A DNA stretch of 64,000 nucleotides from Styela clava (GCF_964204865.1 NC_135254.1:11284001-11348000); one strand, 5' to 3'. Counted from the first letter of the stretch, positions 37,537-51,800 are shown. The notes: a model not told the origin generated them from the letters alone. Numbers and translations are program-made.

Positions 37537-40500
37537 TTATTTATTTTTCTAAAATTGTAAAAAAAAATAAAATATTTTATTTTTACAAAATCATTTTTCA
37601 AAACATTATGAGTTATGAGTAAAAATTATGAGTAAAACTCACCACTGTTTGGTCGACTATTTCATTTGGCTGAAAAAAAAATCAATTTTCGTTTTTGTGA
37701 GTTTGATACTATGAAAAGTAATCAATATAAAGGACTACTTATTTCTAATAGATTGCATTACAATAAGTGCATAACTAAATTTGCATTCCACTACGCATGT
37801 GTGTTAGTAGATGCATTTAATACCATTAGAATGATCTAAGCAGCGAGCTGAAACAATTAAATGAACAAAATTCGAATACAATATTATATCAACTTCAATA
37901 GTGTGGAGACATATTTTTTCCCTATTAAGATAATGCTGAACAATGCTCCATATAATCTGTGTAAAATGAATAAACTACAAATTACTACATAGTATCGAGT
38001 TGGTGTGAAGTTTTAGAAAATTTTGGCAATTATTAATACGATCATATCATAATGGTGTTGAATACATTACGAATACATTTTTAATACCAAACAGTAGATT
38101 GATCAAGTACTGTATAGAACTGTATTTTTACTTGTTAGTTTATATCGAGAACAAACATTTTTGACATCTTACTCTGAAGTTAAAAATATAAACATTTTAA
38201 AGTCAACCTTTAAATATGAGAAGTGTTCAAGCTATTTTTTATTACTTATCGATACTAATCGGTAAGTATGTTGATATGTATTTGTCTGTCAGTCTGTCTG
38301 TTTGTTTGTCTGTTGGATGCACGCGATATCTCACGAAAGCGAGATTGGATCTGCTGCAGATTTTGCATGTGCATTCATCATATCTCGTACCAGAGGCCTA
38401 TTGATTTTGGGCGAATTATGTCGTATAATTAGCGAGTTATCAATTAATTAGTGATGGGACACAAAGTGTCACTATGGAGTAAGAGCGCTGTTTTGAGGAT
38501 CCCCTAACTTTCGATCGATAAGTCTTCGGTCTCTGACCGATATTCTCGTTTTATTGTTTCAAGAATTACCTTATTTTCTATTTATTTACGTAGTTGATTG
38601 TTATGGATAGACTCAGACATTAATTTTATTCGTATAAATGTGACTGACCTTCCTTCCCTCTGTTTCATCTTGTACAGTGATATTCTAGAAAACATTATTA
38701 TTATGTTACGTTTTGGCAGTGTTCCAGCCTTGGATTTAAGACAAGCGTTATACAGGTGGGAGGGGGCATTTTTGAATAAAAGTATCTCAAACTAGCTTAC
38801 AATAAACAAATAGCAGGGATTGCCTTTTCCATTTCTACAAGTGACATGCACGAGCAGTTGCAATTTTCAATTCTTGACAGCAATTTACTGTAAATCGAAT
38901 CTACGGAAAATACTCCCCAGCGAGTGAGTATACTTGTCGAGGTGATTAAGGCGGTGTACAGTATTACAACGGAGCTGTGTATTACCAACAATATAATATG
39001 CAACTCAAATTGAAATCTAGTCAATATCGTCTATCGTTTTAACTAACGGCACAATGTCTCGCTTGAGATAATGTAGTTTTATAATACAGTATTCAAGATT
39101 TGACAAAAAATGGCTGGAATGCGACTTTAACGTGAAAATCTTAACTAAGGACAACTAAATTGAGCGTATTTTCAACTCCTGCTGTGAGTAAAACTGCAAA
39201 ATATATGGATAAAGCTGACATTTCTTACAAGTTTAAGTCTAACTCATATTGAAAAATATAGCTGAGAACGTCAAGAAAGATATTTAAAAGTGGAGATACT
39301 TTTCCGCGCGAAATATCTTGCCGAGTTCAAACATGCAGTAGCAAAGTGGTTGTATATTGCTGGAGAATTATGAATTTGGGCCAACTGGTCTAAATCTATA
39401 GTGTTCTCTTATTCGTAGTGTTGCAATAAACTTGTGATGGCTGCACTAACACTTCTATATCCTAGTCCAGTGATTCTCAAACTAGGGTTTGAGAGCCGCA
39501 TGCGGCTCTCAACAACCTTTCCTGCGGCTCCCGTTAATGTTTAAAAAATTAATAATTTTCAAAGAAAATTTTTCATTGAAAACTAATCATTGACTCGAAA
39601 TTAAAATGCAGAAGTCTATTAGTTAGTCGAATGGATTCCCCCGTGTTTTTTGCGTAGCGTTGACTAACCTATAAGATGCAATAGTGACGCGACAGTGAGC
39701 GTTTTCGCGGCCAATCGGACACTTCTCACTTGGAAAGATTTTAGACATGGCTGTAATCATTGGCTTGCTATCGTGGATTTTCAGTTTTTGTCGCATTTCC
39801 AGCTCTTATGTATAAATCAAATAACTCGATGATTATTTTTATTTCTATAGCACTTTAATTTTGTTCCAGTAATCGAAAATAGTCCCGAAAAATCTGGCGA
39901 TCATCTCAAGCAGCTACTGCAGCTTGCATCCTCAACGATTACGACCCGCTTTGACAAACTTATTAGAAATCAAAGCATAATTAAAAAGCTGTTAGAGTAG
40001 GGTGGGCAAAATTGAATCTTTTTTCCAATCGGATAATTTGAATATTTTTTTTATGCATAACAGGGATCCAGAACGTCGGAGGTCGATACTCCATTTGGAA
40101 ATTCATAGAAACATTAAAAAGTCGGCAATAAAGCTTTTTTTAATGGTTAATTTTATCACCGCGATCGTTTTGGCGGCGATATCCTAAAGTTGGTATTCTA
40201 TATTTCCGTCCTTTCTCGTTTTTGCATGCAAGAATAAGCGGTCGCCGAATATCGAAATTTCATATTTCTAGTATACCCTTGCGCTCACATCAGCGACAGC
40301 TGTTGAATACATTTAAGGACTGATTTCAAAACCAAATTAATTCAATTCTAAGGTTATCCTCTGCCTTGGATTCGATCTTCCGTATCATCGCTTGTAAATT
40401 AACTGTGCATGTTTAAAGTGAACGGTAACCGAGATGCAGATATTTATTATAATGATATTTAAGTTTCTCATGCTTTTCTATGGTGTCCGTGTTAATTTAG

Positions 40501-41989
40501 TATTAGATAGATAAACCTAGCAAATTTACGATTGCGTGAATCCTGAATGTTGATTTAAAATAGCGATTAAATAAATTGGCAATAAAGGCATTTCTAGACC
40601 TTTGTGCCTAATAGAGGGTCAGACTCTAATTATAACTAATTCCTTCAAGTTCTAACGTTTTTTTTTTTTCAACAAAACAACACCCCGATGGTTATTATAG
40701 CTAAAATACGTACTGAGTAATGCTCAATTTTTTTACGGAATTTGCAAATTCAGCACTTCACTTAATGATTTTGATTATGTCATGCCTTGAGGCTTAATTA
40801 ACTGCCCAAATGCTTCAAAATTTAATAATTGTAATCATTTTCGATGATAATAGACGCAACAATTCGTGAACGAGTCAGTGTGCATTGTTACAACGAAGTT
40901 CACGATTGATTTTAAGTTCTACTCTTGGCTCAACGGCCATGCAGGGGCGAGTAAAATGTTTACATATTCGAAACATTACTTGGCAAAGGATGGAAGGGAT
41001 CACTAAAGAGCTAATACAAAGTGCTTTAAAGGGAGTAGGACATGACATTTCTTATCTGGTTACAACTTATTGAGTGTTTTCCATACAGGTAACTCATACC
41101 AGCTTTTGGAAAAACTTTTGGTCATTTTTAAATCCATGCTGTTTACATAACTAGAGTGTTTTAACGACCTAAAATCACCTTTTTCACAATGAAACGCCGA
41201 AAAGTCATTTTAACATTTAATTTTAAGCAACTTTATGTTCGGTAATGCAAGAAATGGCCAATGACATGTCACCAAGCATGCCGAGTTTGAATCTGGGAAA
41301 TTTATTTTAAATACCTAATCTGGTTTGACGTTTCTAAATTTACGGAACGGTCGAGTCGGTACGTTTTTTTTTTGCAAAATGATATATTGAAAGGATACGT
41401 TAAGTGCAAAAATAAGCATATAACACCATAACGCAAAGACGACTTTTCAAATTTTTCTTTTTTTCTGATAGCAAGCGCTGTAGGGAAATCTCGCACAATT
41501 CACGATTGAGTTGGAGACGCTCGAGTTCGGTGTCCAAGCAGAGCGGCGCAGGTCACGTGGTACCGGATATTCGAATCGTAAAATGCCATTCGAATATTTT
41601 ATTATTCGAAAATTTTGCCCAGCCCTAGTTGTTACGTGTGTTGTTGTTACGATGACTTAGTATTTTAATTACGCGCTTTGTTGCTAATTTTTCTTGCGTT
41701 GTTTGTGTGCGGCTCTTCATACCTTTGAGGTTTGAAATGCGGCTCTGGGACTAAAAAAGTTTGAGAACCACTGTCCTAGTCCCTGACGAAAATGGAATAA
41801 TCCACACAAATTAAATACTTATGATACACAAACAAGTAGCACTGCCACATTAGATTCTCAATTTAGAAATACTGACGAAATCAAAATAGAGTTTATTTTG
41901 CACAGTCTGCTTACCTGATCTATCGGTTGGGAGCCGATGTTCTCATCAGGCGATACCGCTTGAATTGATTTACTTGTTCCGCAGCCCAT
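37537..41989 (-). CDS. Putative MGCGTSK micro-exon gene, copy 2
   Basis: Exons 41989-41915 (identical to copy 1, GTAAG donor), 38684-38649 (NITVQDETEGRK), 37669-37643 (PNEIVDQTV), 37548 onward (KNK*). Confidence 0.45.
38231..38549 (+). mobile_element. Non-autonomous Helentron (DINE-1/HINE-like) element
   Basis: Subterminal inverted repeats ACTTATCGAT and ATCGATAAGT, a GTCT-type microsatellite and a 3' hairpin TCGGTC-TCT-GACCGA. Inserted in a T run. Empty site in copy 1 at about 26511-26530. Confidence 0.75.
39468..41773 (+). mobile_element. hAT (Charlie/SPIN-like) deletion derivative with a nested element
   Basis: TIRs CAGTGATTCTCAAACT and AGTTTGAGAACCACTG. Perfect TSD TCCTAGTC at 39460-39467 and 41774-41781. 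Empty site at 27424-27431. Remnant transposase C-terminus DHLKQLLQLASSTITTRFDKLI at about 39899-39965. Confidence 0.88.
39998..41627. mobile_element. Nested hAT-like non-autonomous element
   Basis: TIRs TAGGG(C)TGGGCAAAATT and AATTTTGCCCAGCCCTA. TSD is degenerate. Confidence 0.6.
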
Positions 41990-43810
41990 GATTACTTGAT
42001 GTATATAGATATCATACGAACATCATACATATATCAAATAAATTATGCACAGCATAAATTGTGCTGTTTTAAAAATTAGGAAAAACAATTATTGTTTGAT
42101 TCTATCGCTAAATTTTATATAACATCAGCTCTATATTACATTGAGAAAGCAACGACCACGCACGATAACCACATCGCCTTAATACCATATCCCATAACTT
42201 GCACATCTTGTGTTCGATTGTATTGAATTAATTAACATTTGCTAAAACTTGGAGAATTCTATATTTTATTCTGTAATAACTCATCGACTAGATATTTCGA
42301 CTATTGAATTAATTACTCTGTGGTCTGTACAGTCAATACAGTTATCACGTTCTTCTGGCAGACGAATCAAATCGACAGCAAATAGGTAAATATTACAAGT
42401 GATTTTGTTTACAATGGCCCAACCGTATCCTTGGTTACTCAACCAGATGTACTTTGTAAGTAAGAACAGTTTGAAAGATACAATTAAATGGAATCATGCT
42501 GGGTAATTTTTTTACAAATTATGTTAGACATTTTGAAAGTAAATAGCTCAACGGTGATACAAGTATCGTCAAACATTATTATGGTTGGTATATATTGGTA
42601 CATATTATAATATGGTACATATTGGACTATTTAAATATTTATCAAATCAAAACCTCGTGTTAAATTTAATCTCGCATACGATATAAAAATTAAGATGAAT
42701 AATACAAATTTGCAAAGTTAAATTACAATATTTATAAATAGTTACGTGCTTATAAAAGTAAAATTTATGCAGATTTTTTTGGCTAGAGGTTCATGATTAT
42801 GTGATGTTAAAATAAATATGGCGTCGATTGATCTTGTAAAGTTGCTATTATCACTATATTTTGAAAGTGTCAAACTTATTGGTAAGATGTAGTTTTCATT
42901 TTGGTAATGTACTCGAAATTTTCAGAAAAATACAAATGCATTTTTTGTTCACTTAATACATGTGCATTTGCGATTAATAATAAATTTCAGGACGTATTGA
43001 GGAAGCTATCAAAATCGAATTCGCGGGAACTAGAATTTCTAGGGAAATATTATTTTAAATTTTTTGTGGCTTTAAAATACTTGTTTGTCAGCAATTGCTT
43101 CGTTTATGATGAAGTGGTATTCCAATTGGTGGAACTTCTTTCTATTTCGCTCAGGTTAATTTATCGGAGACAGCATTCGAACGTGAACTTTTTTGCATAG
43201 GGCGCCGTTAAGGCGGCTGTACAAACAAATGAAAAGACTACTCTTCAGTAAGTTTGTTATAATTTGCCTTGTAGCAATAAATCAGATTACTGATAGAAAG
43301 GGGAGTTGAATTTTACAGGTTAGATCTGCATTTGTGTCCACTATGTTAACACTAACCAACACTATCTGACATTAAATGAAGTTTGTTTGTTTGCGACAAG
43401 TATAATAATATGTTGCTCCCTTCACATATATATTTTATGATGATACCAACAAGACAAAAGCGCAACAGCTACAGCATGTCTTCGAACATGATAGGTTATT
43501 ATTATCTTTAGTTTTATTGCAACAAGCCAATTTACAGAGATTTGACAAGACGCTGCGTCATATTACATGTTAAATCAAGGCAAAAGTATTAAGTAGCGTC
43601 ATCTGCATATCTGACTAAGTAAGAAGGAAAGCTAGTTAGTGAAATATATATTAGAACGCAACTCAAAAATGATGTAGAATTGAATGGCTGAAAGTAATAT
43701 TTGTTCAAGGTTATAAAATATATTATTTTTGATGATCTTGATAAAAATCAACCAGGTTTATAATATTCATTTATTTATACTTTAGATAGTAATACTAATA
43801 GTCTGCCATT

Positions 43811-45532
43811 ATGCCTGTCCACGGTATTTATTTGTTGTGTTTAATATCATTTGCTTTCGCCCATGATGCCATCAGAACTCCGTTATGTCAGCAAGCCGAA
43901 GATCTTTATCGATCTATTTGTTATCAAACGATTCCTCTCAACCACGAGGATTTAAAAGTTACACAAGGGTTACCTGGAAAGCGTGGCCCAAAGGGAGAAA
44001 TTGGGGGAACCGGACGTAGAGGAGAACAAGGAATTCCTGGTGTTGTAGATTATGGTAAAGTTGAGAACATAACGGAGGCAAAGGTGAAACTTAGTAAGTA
44101 TTTCAGTCACGATTTTTTTATTTTGAAAAATTGTTGGCACGGTATGCTGCTATAAAGGTGATTGTTCGGAAAATTCATCCATATACCCATGAGAAATCTT
44201 CACCCATACTTCTTTTCTAGCCCAGCTTACAGCTCAACTGCAGAAAAATGTTATCCCACCACTTGGCACTTTCGTATAGCGTGGTACAGAGATAACACTT
44301 TTGGAGTGCTTGTGACTTTGCTGCAAATTTTCTTGAATAAAGATAGATTTTTAAATACAGTATATGTATTTTTGTCGTGTTATCTCCTTTCGTTATTAAA
44401 TTATCGTGTTTACATCTAGTTCTAATGCAACAAAACGAAAGAATGACTGAAATGGTGAACAGGATGGATGAACTTGCAACATCACTTTCAAGATCTGAAC
44501 AAAAAATAACGCAACTTGAAACAAAGCAAGGTAACTATAGTTGTGGCGGTGATAGTCGTAGCGTTGCATAAATCAGGAGTCCATATGCTGCATTAGGTTA
44601 TAGAAGATCCCTAGAAGCTACGTAATTGATAAAATGAACTGAAAGTAATTTTAATCTTACAAAACAGGAATCTGTCATGTGAAATTTGAAAACTTTTGCT
44701 TCTGGGTCGAGAGAAGAACAGAGCTGATCAATTATCAAGAAGGTGAACAACTGTGCTCAGGACGTGGAGGGTATCCCGCTAATATTTATTCGAAAATACA
44801 TTATGAAATGATCACATCATACCTTCGTACACAAATATGGGCAAATGAAGACATAATCTCTGTCTGGCTTGGATTGAAGTACAATCTTTCAGTAAGTATT
44901 TTGTTTTATATTTCAGAATAAAGCCTTCAATGTGCTTAACTTCCTCCGGTCAACAGTATTATATGTAGTGAAACACCAAAAAAAATCTGTCCGGGGGACA
45001 TTTTTTACTCAATAATTAGCACAGTTGATTTTGTGCATCTTCTGATAATAGTATTTATGGAAAATTAAAGAGAAGAATTACATTTCAAAATGCAAATATT
45101 CAAGCGACTCGTAATACAAACAAAGACTTTTTAAATTAATTCTCATTTTTTAAATTACTTATTTTATCAGGATAAATGGGTTATTATAACTGAACTTAAA
45201 TATTTATATTTTTAAGATCCTACTTTTTACTCACTGGTTGGTCAGTATACATACCGATTAGTAACACTTGGTGTATATTGCATTACAGCGGCATACATAG
45301 AATGGTTTCATAAATGTTAATGTAATAATTGCCTCATTATCAGACCAAAGAAACAACATTATCTGACGGAAGTTCCGCACCCTACTTGCAGTGGCACCCT
45401 GGATTTCCAAAATTTCATGCAAATCATGTATACATTGGCATGCACGTTAGGGTACCCTGGAACTTGTCAGGTCGTGATATGTACAACCATCCGACCATAT
45501 GGGAGAGACAAGCCGTTTTATGTCAAAAGTAA
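43811..45532 (+). CDS. Secreted collectin-like protein (signal peptide, short collagen, coiled-coil neck, divergent C-type lectin domain), about 268 aa
   Basis: Exons 43811-44093, 44420-44530, 44668-44891 and 45344-45532, phases 1, 1, 0. Signal peptide MPVHGIYLLCLISFAFA. About 8-9 Gly-X-Y triplets. Heptad-rich exon 2. CTLD motifs C..RGG..A.I, VWLGL, LSDGS, W.PG.P, VLCQK. Confidence 0.88.
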
Positions 45533-47549
45533 ACATAAATGGACAACATATAATAAAACAATTGATTAAACTCTCTTCATTCAGTCTTTAAAAATAGAAT
45601 AGTTAGTTGAAATGTTCTACTTTTTTCAGGTAATACTTTTCCTTTCTGCAATAGTTAATCCCTACCATATTACGGTTATGATACATCCACGTATAAATCA
45701 GACAATTTAAAATGCGTTTTTTATTGTACAAACTTTACAATTGATTCTTACAAGTGAAAAATTATCGAGATTGTTTTTCACAACAGCGAAAGAAATTTTT
45801 CAACCTTCAATAAGCAATAGATACGTGCGTTGTAATGCGTTCATGTTATATATCATTCTCAAGTCAGTGTTTTTTCACTTCTTCCTATTCATCGGTATGT
45901 CAGTGTGATACCAGAAATATCTGCATTTAAAATTTTCAACATATCATTTTCTGCTTGTTAATGTGTGTTTGGTATTTGTGATATATATAGGTTATGATGA
46001 TGGTAAGGTTAGGAATAACGATCAACATATCACCCCTTCTATTTTAATAGTCTGCTCGATGGACGTACATTTATCTCCCACATAACGTCCATTACTTCCA
46101 TAATGCACACTTTTATATGAACAACTTTTTCAGTAGGCCTATCAAATATGGCTATAATTGAATGTTCTTGGTAATACATAGAGAGATTAAACCTCATCCA
46201 GTTGATTGGTAAGTTGATAAATACTTCATGTGCTATTGTAACAGCATTTGAAAGTATGATATTTCCTTGAGTATACCTTAGTCATATTTATGTGATTTCA
46301 TGCCTTTTCCAGTTGTAATGTGCTATATTAAATTATAACATGTGTGGATTGGTTTGACTTGCTGATCACCAAATGAATTCGAAGTGAGAGTTCGGAATCT
46401 ACACCTGGCAAATTCAATAGTACCAAACACTAGAATTCCTCATATTGAGATATATTGATCAAAACAACTGCAAGCTGTGATAAAATTTTGAAATAATCAT
46501 CTATGTTACTGGTTACATAAGAATATAAAGATAGTAATTAATAGTGCACAATATTACAACAATAGTACGACTAATATACATCGAAAATCGTCGGATAAAA
46601 ATCAATTATAAAGAATCCTGTATAGGATTTCTAAAATACTATTTATTAATATATCCCATTTCCTAGTTTATGATCGAAAAGTGAATGTAATTCAGCGATT
46701 GTGTATTGGTGTAAGCTTTGACGTCGATTGTTCAGCGTAGTTACAATTTTAGCCAATGCCAAAAGAGGTTTGCAATAGCTCGCTAATATATGAACGAATT
46801 GGATATTTTGTTTGAGAATTTAATAGAGATTATACCATGGAAAACTATTTTAGATGATGCGACAACGTTCTTAAAAATAATTCACGCAGTAAGCAACTAT
46901 GATAAATAATTTGATTTCTTCGAATAAAATTACCATCAAAATGTAATAGTCCGTTCACGAAATTAAAACAAAACAAAAACTAAAGAAGATCATATTGATA
47001 TCATTATTCCATCCTCAATTGTATTAAATGGGTCGGGAGACTTAAATGTTTGTCAAAATACAAAATAATCAGAATAGCAATCCGAAGTAAATGATCAAAG
47101 TTACATAACCAAATGTTACCAATATTTTAAGCAATTTTCCACATTAAAAATAGAAAAATTGAAATTTTTTGTTTAAATTGGGAAGGAAACATCATATTAA
47201 CAGTAAATATATAAAAGTCATGGGAATTATTTAACACGTGAAGCAATAGTAACAAAATTAAAAACAATTTTCCGCAATCCTGCTGCATTACCCCAAATAT
47301 CAATCCTGATTTAATTGAGATTTTTACAAAATGATTGAGAATATAAAACCTCTAATTATATTTAGAAATACAAGGTAGTACTGAATAAATTACATAATAA
47401 AGCGTAAACTATTTAATTACGAACAGTTCTCAACTTCAACAATGAGAATGACTACGTAAACGAACGTCCCGGATAACAATAACAATAAAATTGTAAAATA
47501 TTTCAGTCTATAAACTCTGGCGAAATGCTAATATTGATTTTCTGTAAAA

Positions 47550-47697
47550 TTAATCTGTTTTTCCATATTTAAAAGTCGGATCCCACGAAGGGAGGAATCC
47601 GGTAAACAACAATGGTTCATTTCCTTGAGTAATAGTAACAATTGACATTCTGGGATCTCGTTTTCGCGAATCGTTTTTAATGTAGTCCACGGCCAAT
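47550..47697 (-). CDS. GSN: Alternative terminal exon 13b of gelsolin B (gives an isoform of about 720 aa)
   Basis: CTTTCAG acceptor, phase 2 like exon 13a. Encodes [48 protein letters not shown]. Same 148-nt length as, and clearly homologous to, the last exon of gene A. Confidence 0.75.
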
Positions 47698-48866
47698 CTG
47701 AAAGATCGAAAATAAGTTGCTTAGCGTGACAATTTAGGAAATTTATTCATACGACTACGTGTTCTACAGATGTAATATAAGTTTAGAATTATTTCCAATT
47801 CATTTACAAGCGATATTGAGTCGTAAATAAGTTCTTTGTATCGATTTCGTTCTTTGGCAAGAGTTAAAACTTGAAGGTTCATGGTTCTGTTCTTCAGAAG
47901 AAACCATTGTTGAATAGAATAATCCACGATGAATGTGTGAGATGGTTTAGTAGAATACGTCAGTTGAGAATAACTCTGCAATTATCACGATTTCAACAAC
48001 TATATTCTTTTTTATAAACAACACTAGCTGGATTAAAACTCATTGGACAAATGAATAAATACTGGCGGAAAAATAACTATTGTGCACTTCTTTGGAATGG
48101 TGCCCGGTACAGCGAAAGTAATCGAAAAGAGAAGGCAGTAAAACGTAAGTAATCGAGTCTATGCGTTCATTGGGCAAGAAAATTCAGATTCTATGGTAAA
48201 GGTATTATCGCTGTCGAAATATCGAGTCAAGTCATGTCGATTTCCATATTATCTATGTATATTATCTAATCTTCCTCTTTGCATGAGAGTTATTTCGCTG
48301 TAAATCCTATGAGAAGAAGTATCATGTTGACTGTATTTCAAGTCATTTAGTTGAGAAGAAAGTGACTGAATAACAATCAGATATAAATCAACCATTTCTA
48401 TGATATTGATCAGCAATAAACACAAAACATTATTCTCTTTCAACAAAACAACATCAAAAATCAATTACTCTGAATGATTCTATACAACACAATTAAAACT
48501 AGGTAATCAAGAAGTTCATGCAAATCCACAGATCATATAACATTAGCGATATGAAATCTGAGGGACACTAACCTACATACAAATTAAATTCATGGCATCA
48601 TCTAAACCTAATACTCAATACATATAAACTCCACAAAATAGTGATCAAGCTACCATATCCAGTAATACACATGAAGCAGTTAACATTGATAAAATCAGAA
48701 AATTGGTGAAAGCATAAATTCATAGAATTTATTCAAATTCAATAGGAATTTTCTAAATGTTGCAAGCTTGTGCAACGTTTCTAAATTACCTGAATTCAGA
48801 AACATTATAAGGCATGGAGCAAATTTTTTTTTTATTATGACGTTCATCTGAAGATACTCACCCTAA

Positions 48867-51800
48867 TTATTTATATAGAGCCGCATCCCAACCTTGAAAG
48901 AATCCCGTAAAAATTCCCGGCTCTGAAGCTTGTTTTACAGTCATCACTGGACAGTCAGGAGAGCGACCACGCGGATCGCATTTGATGTAGTCAACAGCAA
49001 GCCTATAATCATGAGTGCGTGACGATGTTGTTAAGTACAGGGGTGATATGAAATTCCAAAGTAACGAGCTGTGCTGAGTCTTAGTTAAAATGCCTTCAAA
49101 ACGATTATTCAAAGCGTGAAATGATAAAAAAAATAATAATAATATTAAGATGGTTCAAAATGAATCTTAAGCATTCGTAGGCACGCAAAGAAATAAACTT
49201 AAATCTTAACATTGCGTGCTATTTTCTACTGAGATCCAACTCAACGTTGCCCTTCAAGTTATTATATGAAGTCAAGGTCATATATTTTATGAAACAATGG
49301 TAATAATCTCAAAAAATATCTAACATCTTGTAAACGTGATATTGTGGTTAATTATTACTTGAGCTCTTTGTTAACGTCATAATATCGTGATTTAATGGCC
49401 AATGTAAAAATGGAAGCAACGGAGTGGAGTGAAAGTAAACATTTTAAAGTTGACATTGTATATTATTTTAAATGCAGCTGACAGGACGACATGCAATGCA
49501 ACAACAAAACAATTAATAGCAACACTGAACTAAAATTTTCACTACAAACCATTGACTTGTTTTATACAAACTGTGATGTCATACTTAGGTGCTTCTTTTC
49601 TCTCTTGTTCGTTCGCGCCTTTTCCAATCCAAATAAAAACTTGATCCCAAACGTCCAACATCATGACGTCATCCTCACATAAGTCAGCCTGTGTGAAATC
49701 CCCTGGAACTTCATCTACAATGACTCGTCCTGTTACATTAGCAAAAATTATTAAACTGGGTAGTATGACCACGATAGACACTGAAATATTCTAAAGAAAT
49801 TATCACGGTCAAACTTCACAAGAAGGTTGACTGAATGAAGTTCAAAAATACGACTGCAGTAAATTGACTGCACGAAGTCTATAGACCAGGGGCGGGACTA
49901 ACTGTTCTGCTGTCCGGGGCAAATTCCTGATGATGATGCTTCTTATACCTAACTATAAAAATAATTCGGGGGATAAACAAATTATAAATGTGTATAATGA
50001 GAATTATAGATTTTCATTATATATACATGAGAATGAATAAATCAAAGGTAGAGTAAGAGTGGAATTTTGTATTACTATTATATAAAATTTCAAATTATTA
50101 AACTAAGCAACAAACTCACACCCCTTCAACGTGCTGAATGTGGCGGCTGCCTCTATGACCCATCTCTAGGCACGCCGCTGGATACAACCAATTTATTGTT
50201 TATACAAATTAAAACTACGGTAGCAGCATTCCTGAGGCAAGACTGAAAATTGTGACAAGATGCAAACTTTCACTGTGAGTAAATGATTGGCACGGTAGAG
50301 ATTTGAATGGCTATGAATGGCATATTTGTCATAATTCTTTTCATTCCATTTACCCGTAGCGTTTGAGATTCCAAACAGCCTTGCTGGATTATCGGTTAAT
50401 TCTTCTTGCAGTCTAGGATGACTAGCATACTCCTGCTTTCCGCCGAGAATCTTCCAAAGGTTGGAATCTTCAGATCCTTCTTTTATTATCACAGGCGAAT
50501 TTGAACCACCAATTTTGTCTAAAAGCATAGAAAAGAATCGTTGTTTGTTTAAATCTGTTTTTGCACAATGTATATATATAAAGAGTTCGTTCACTACAAT
50601 TGTCAGAAATAGGTAACAGAAAAAGTACCTATGAAAAACAGTTATGAAGAAATACCAATAGATAATAATACTTAATAGATAGTATAATAATGATAGAATT
50701 TTATGAGGCGCTTCAAACTTCAAACAAAATGTGAAATCGATTGGTGCAATTTGGAAATATAGAAGAGAATAATTTTACAACAGCAACGTCAACAACGACA
50801 GTTTACCAAAACGATTTTGTTTGAATTTATTCACAATATGGACAACTACCTGAGACGTATTTTGCAGCAGCAATTTCGTCATCTGATGCTCCTCGTCCAA
50901 CCCATACATAACTGGCAGATTTAGTTTTCAGCACAAAAGCATCATTGGAATTGAGAGAACGAGCGGATGTAGCTACTTGAATGGCACGTCCTCCTGTAGC
51001 TGTACAGAACACCTGACAATAAGATAAATTTTTTTATCATCAGTGTTGGTTTATAATGCTATAAATAATGGCACAATGCATGGCTTGGACGTTGAACAAT
51101 ATCGAGATAGGAAATAGCGAAAATTATAGAGAGAGAAGTAAAAATTGAAAATAATAAAGAAATGTCTGTGTTCACCTGAACAAGGGCGGTTTCATCAATT
51201 CCGCTATCATTCTTCCCTTTGCTTCTTCCACCAGACACTATAATCATTGGTTTTCCTCCAAATAAACTAAGTAGATGGGGAGGTTCTTTACCCTGAACCA
51301 CGCGTACTTGAACAGGACGATCGTCGTATTTCTTGTCCATCTCTACGGCGTAGAAAGCAGATGCTGCGATCTGAACAATAAAAAAAGGGTCTGGAGGAAT
51401 GGTTTTTAATCTGAATTGAAGATTTCTCAAAACTGAGAGTTTTACAAAGTAATATTTGGGTCTTAGGAGGTTTGGTGACTCTATGCATGACCGATGAGCT
51501 AAAAGTAACGTTGGGATATTGAGTAATTTGAGCCGTTGCCTCCTCAGTCAACAACGGGGCCACGCTGACCGTGAACATGACATTTAGGCGGGAATTGACC
51601 AACGAGTCAACCATTATATTTGCAGTTATATTGTTGCCGCCGTGCCTCCTTCATCCATGACTTTGAAAAGAGAAGAAAAGAAAAAGATTTTCTGAAAATT
51701 ATAGAGAGAGAAGTAAAAAATTGAAAAAAATAATGAAATGTCTGTGTTCACCTGAACAAGTGCGGTTTCATCAATTCCGCTATCATTCTTTCCTTTGCTG

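Noticed and set aside
38797-39024. Hydrophobic 75-aa ORF inside intron 1 of the MGCGTSK model
   Set aside because: No canonical donor, and copy 1 has an in-frame stop. It cannot be joined confidently.
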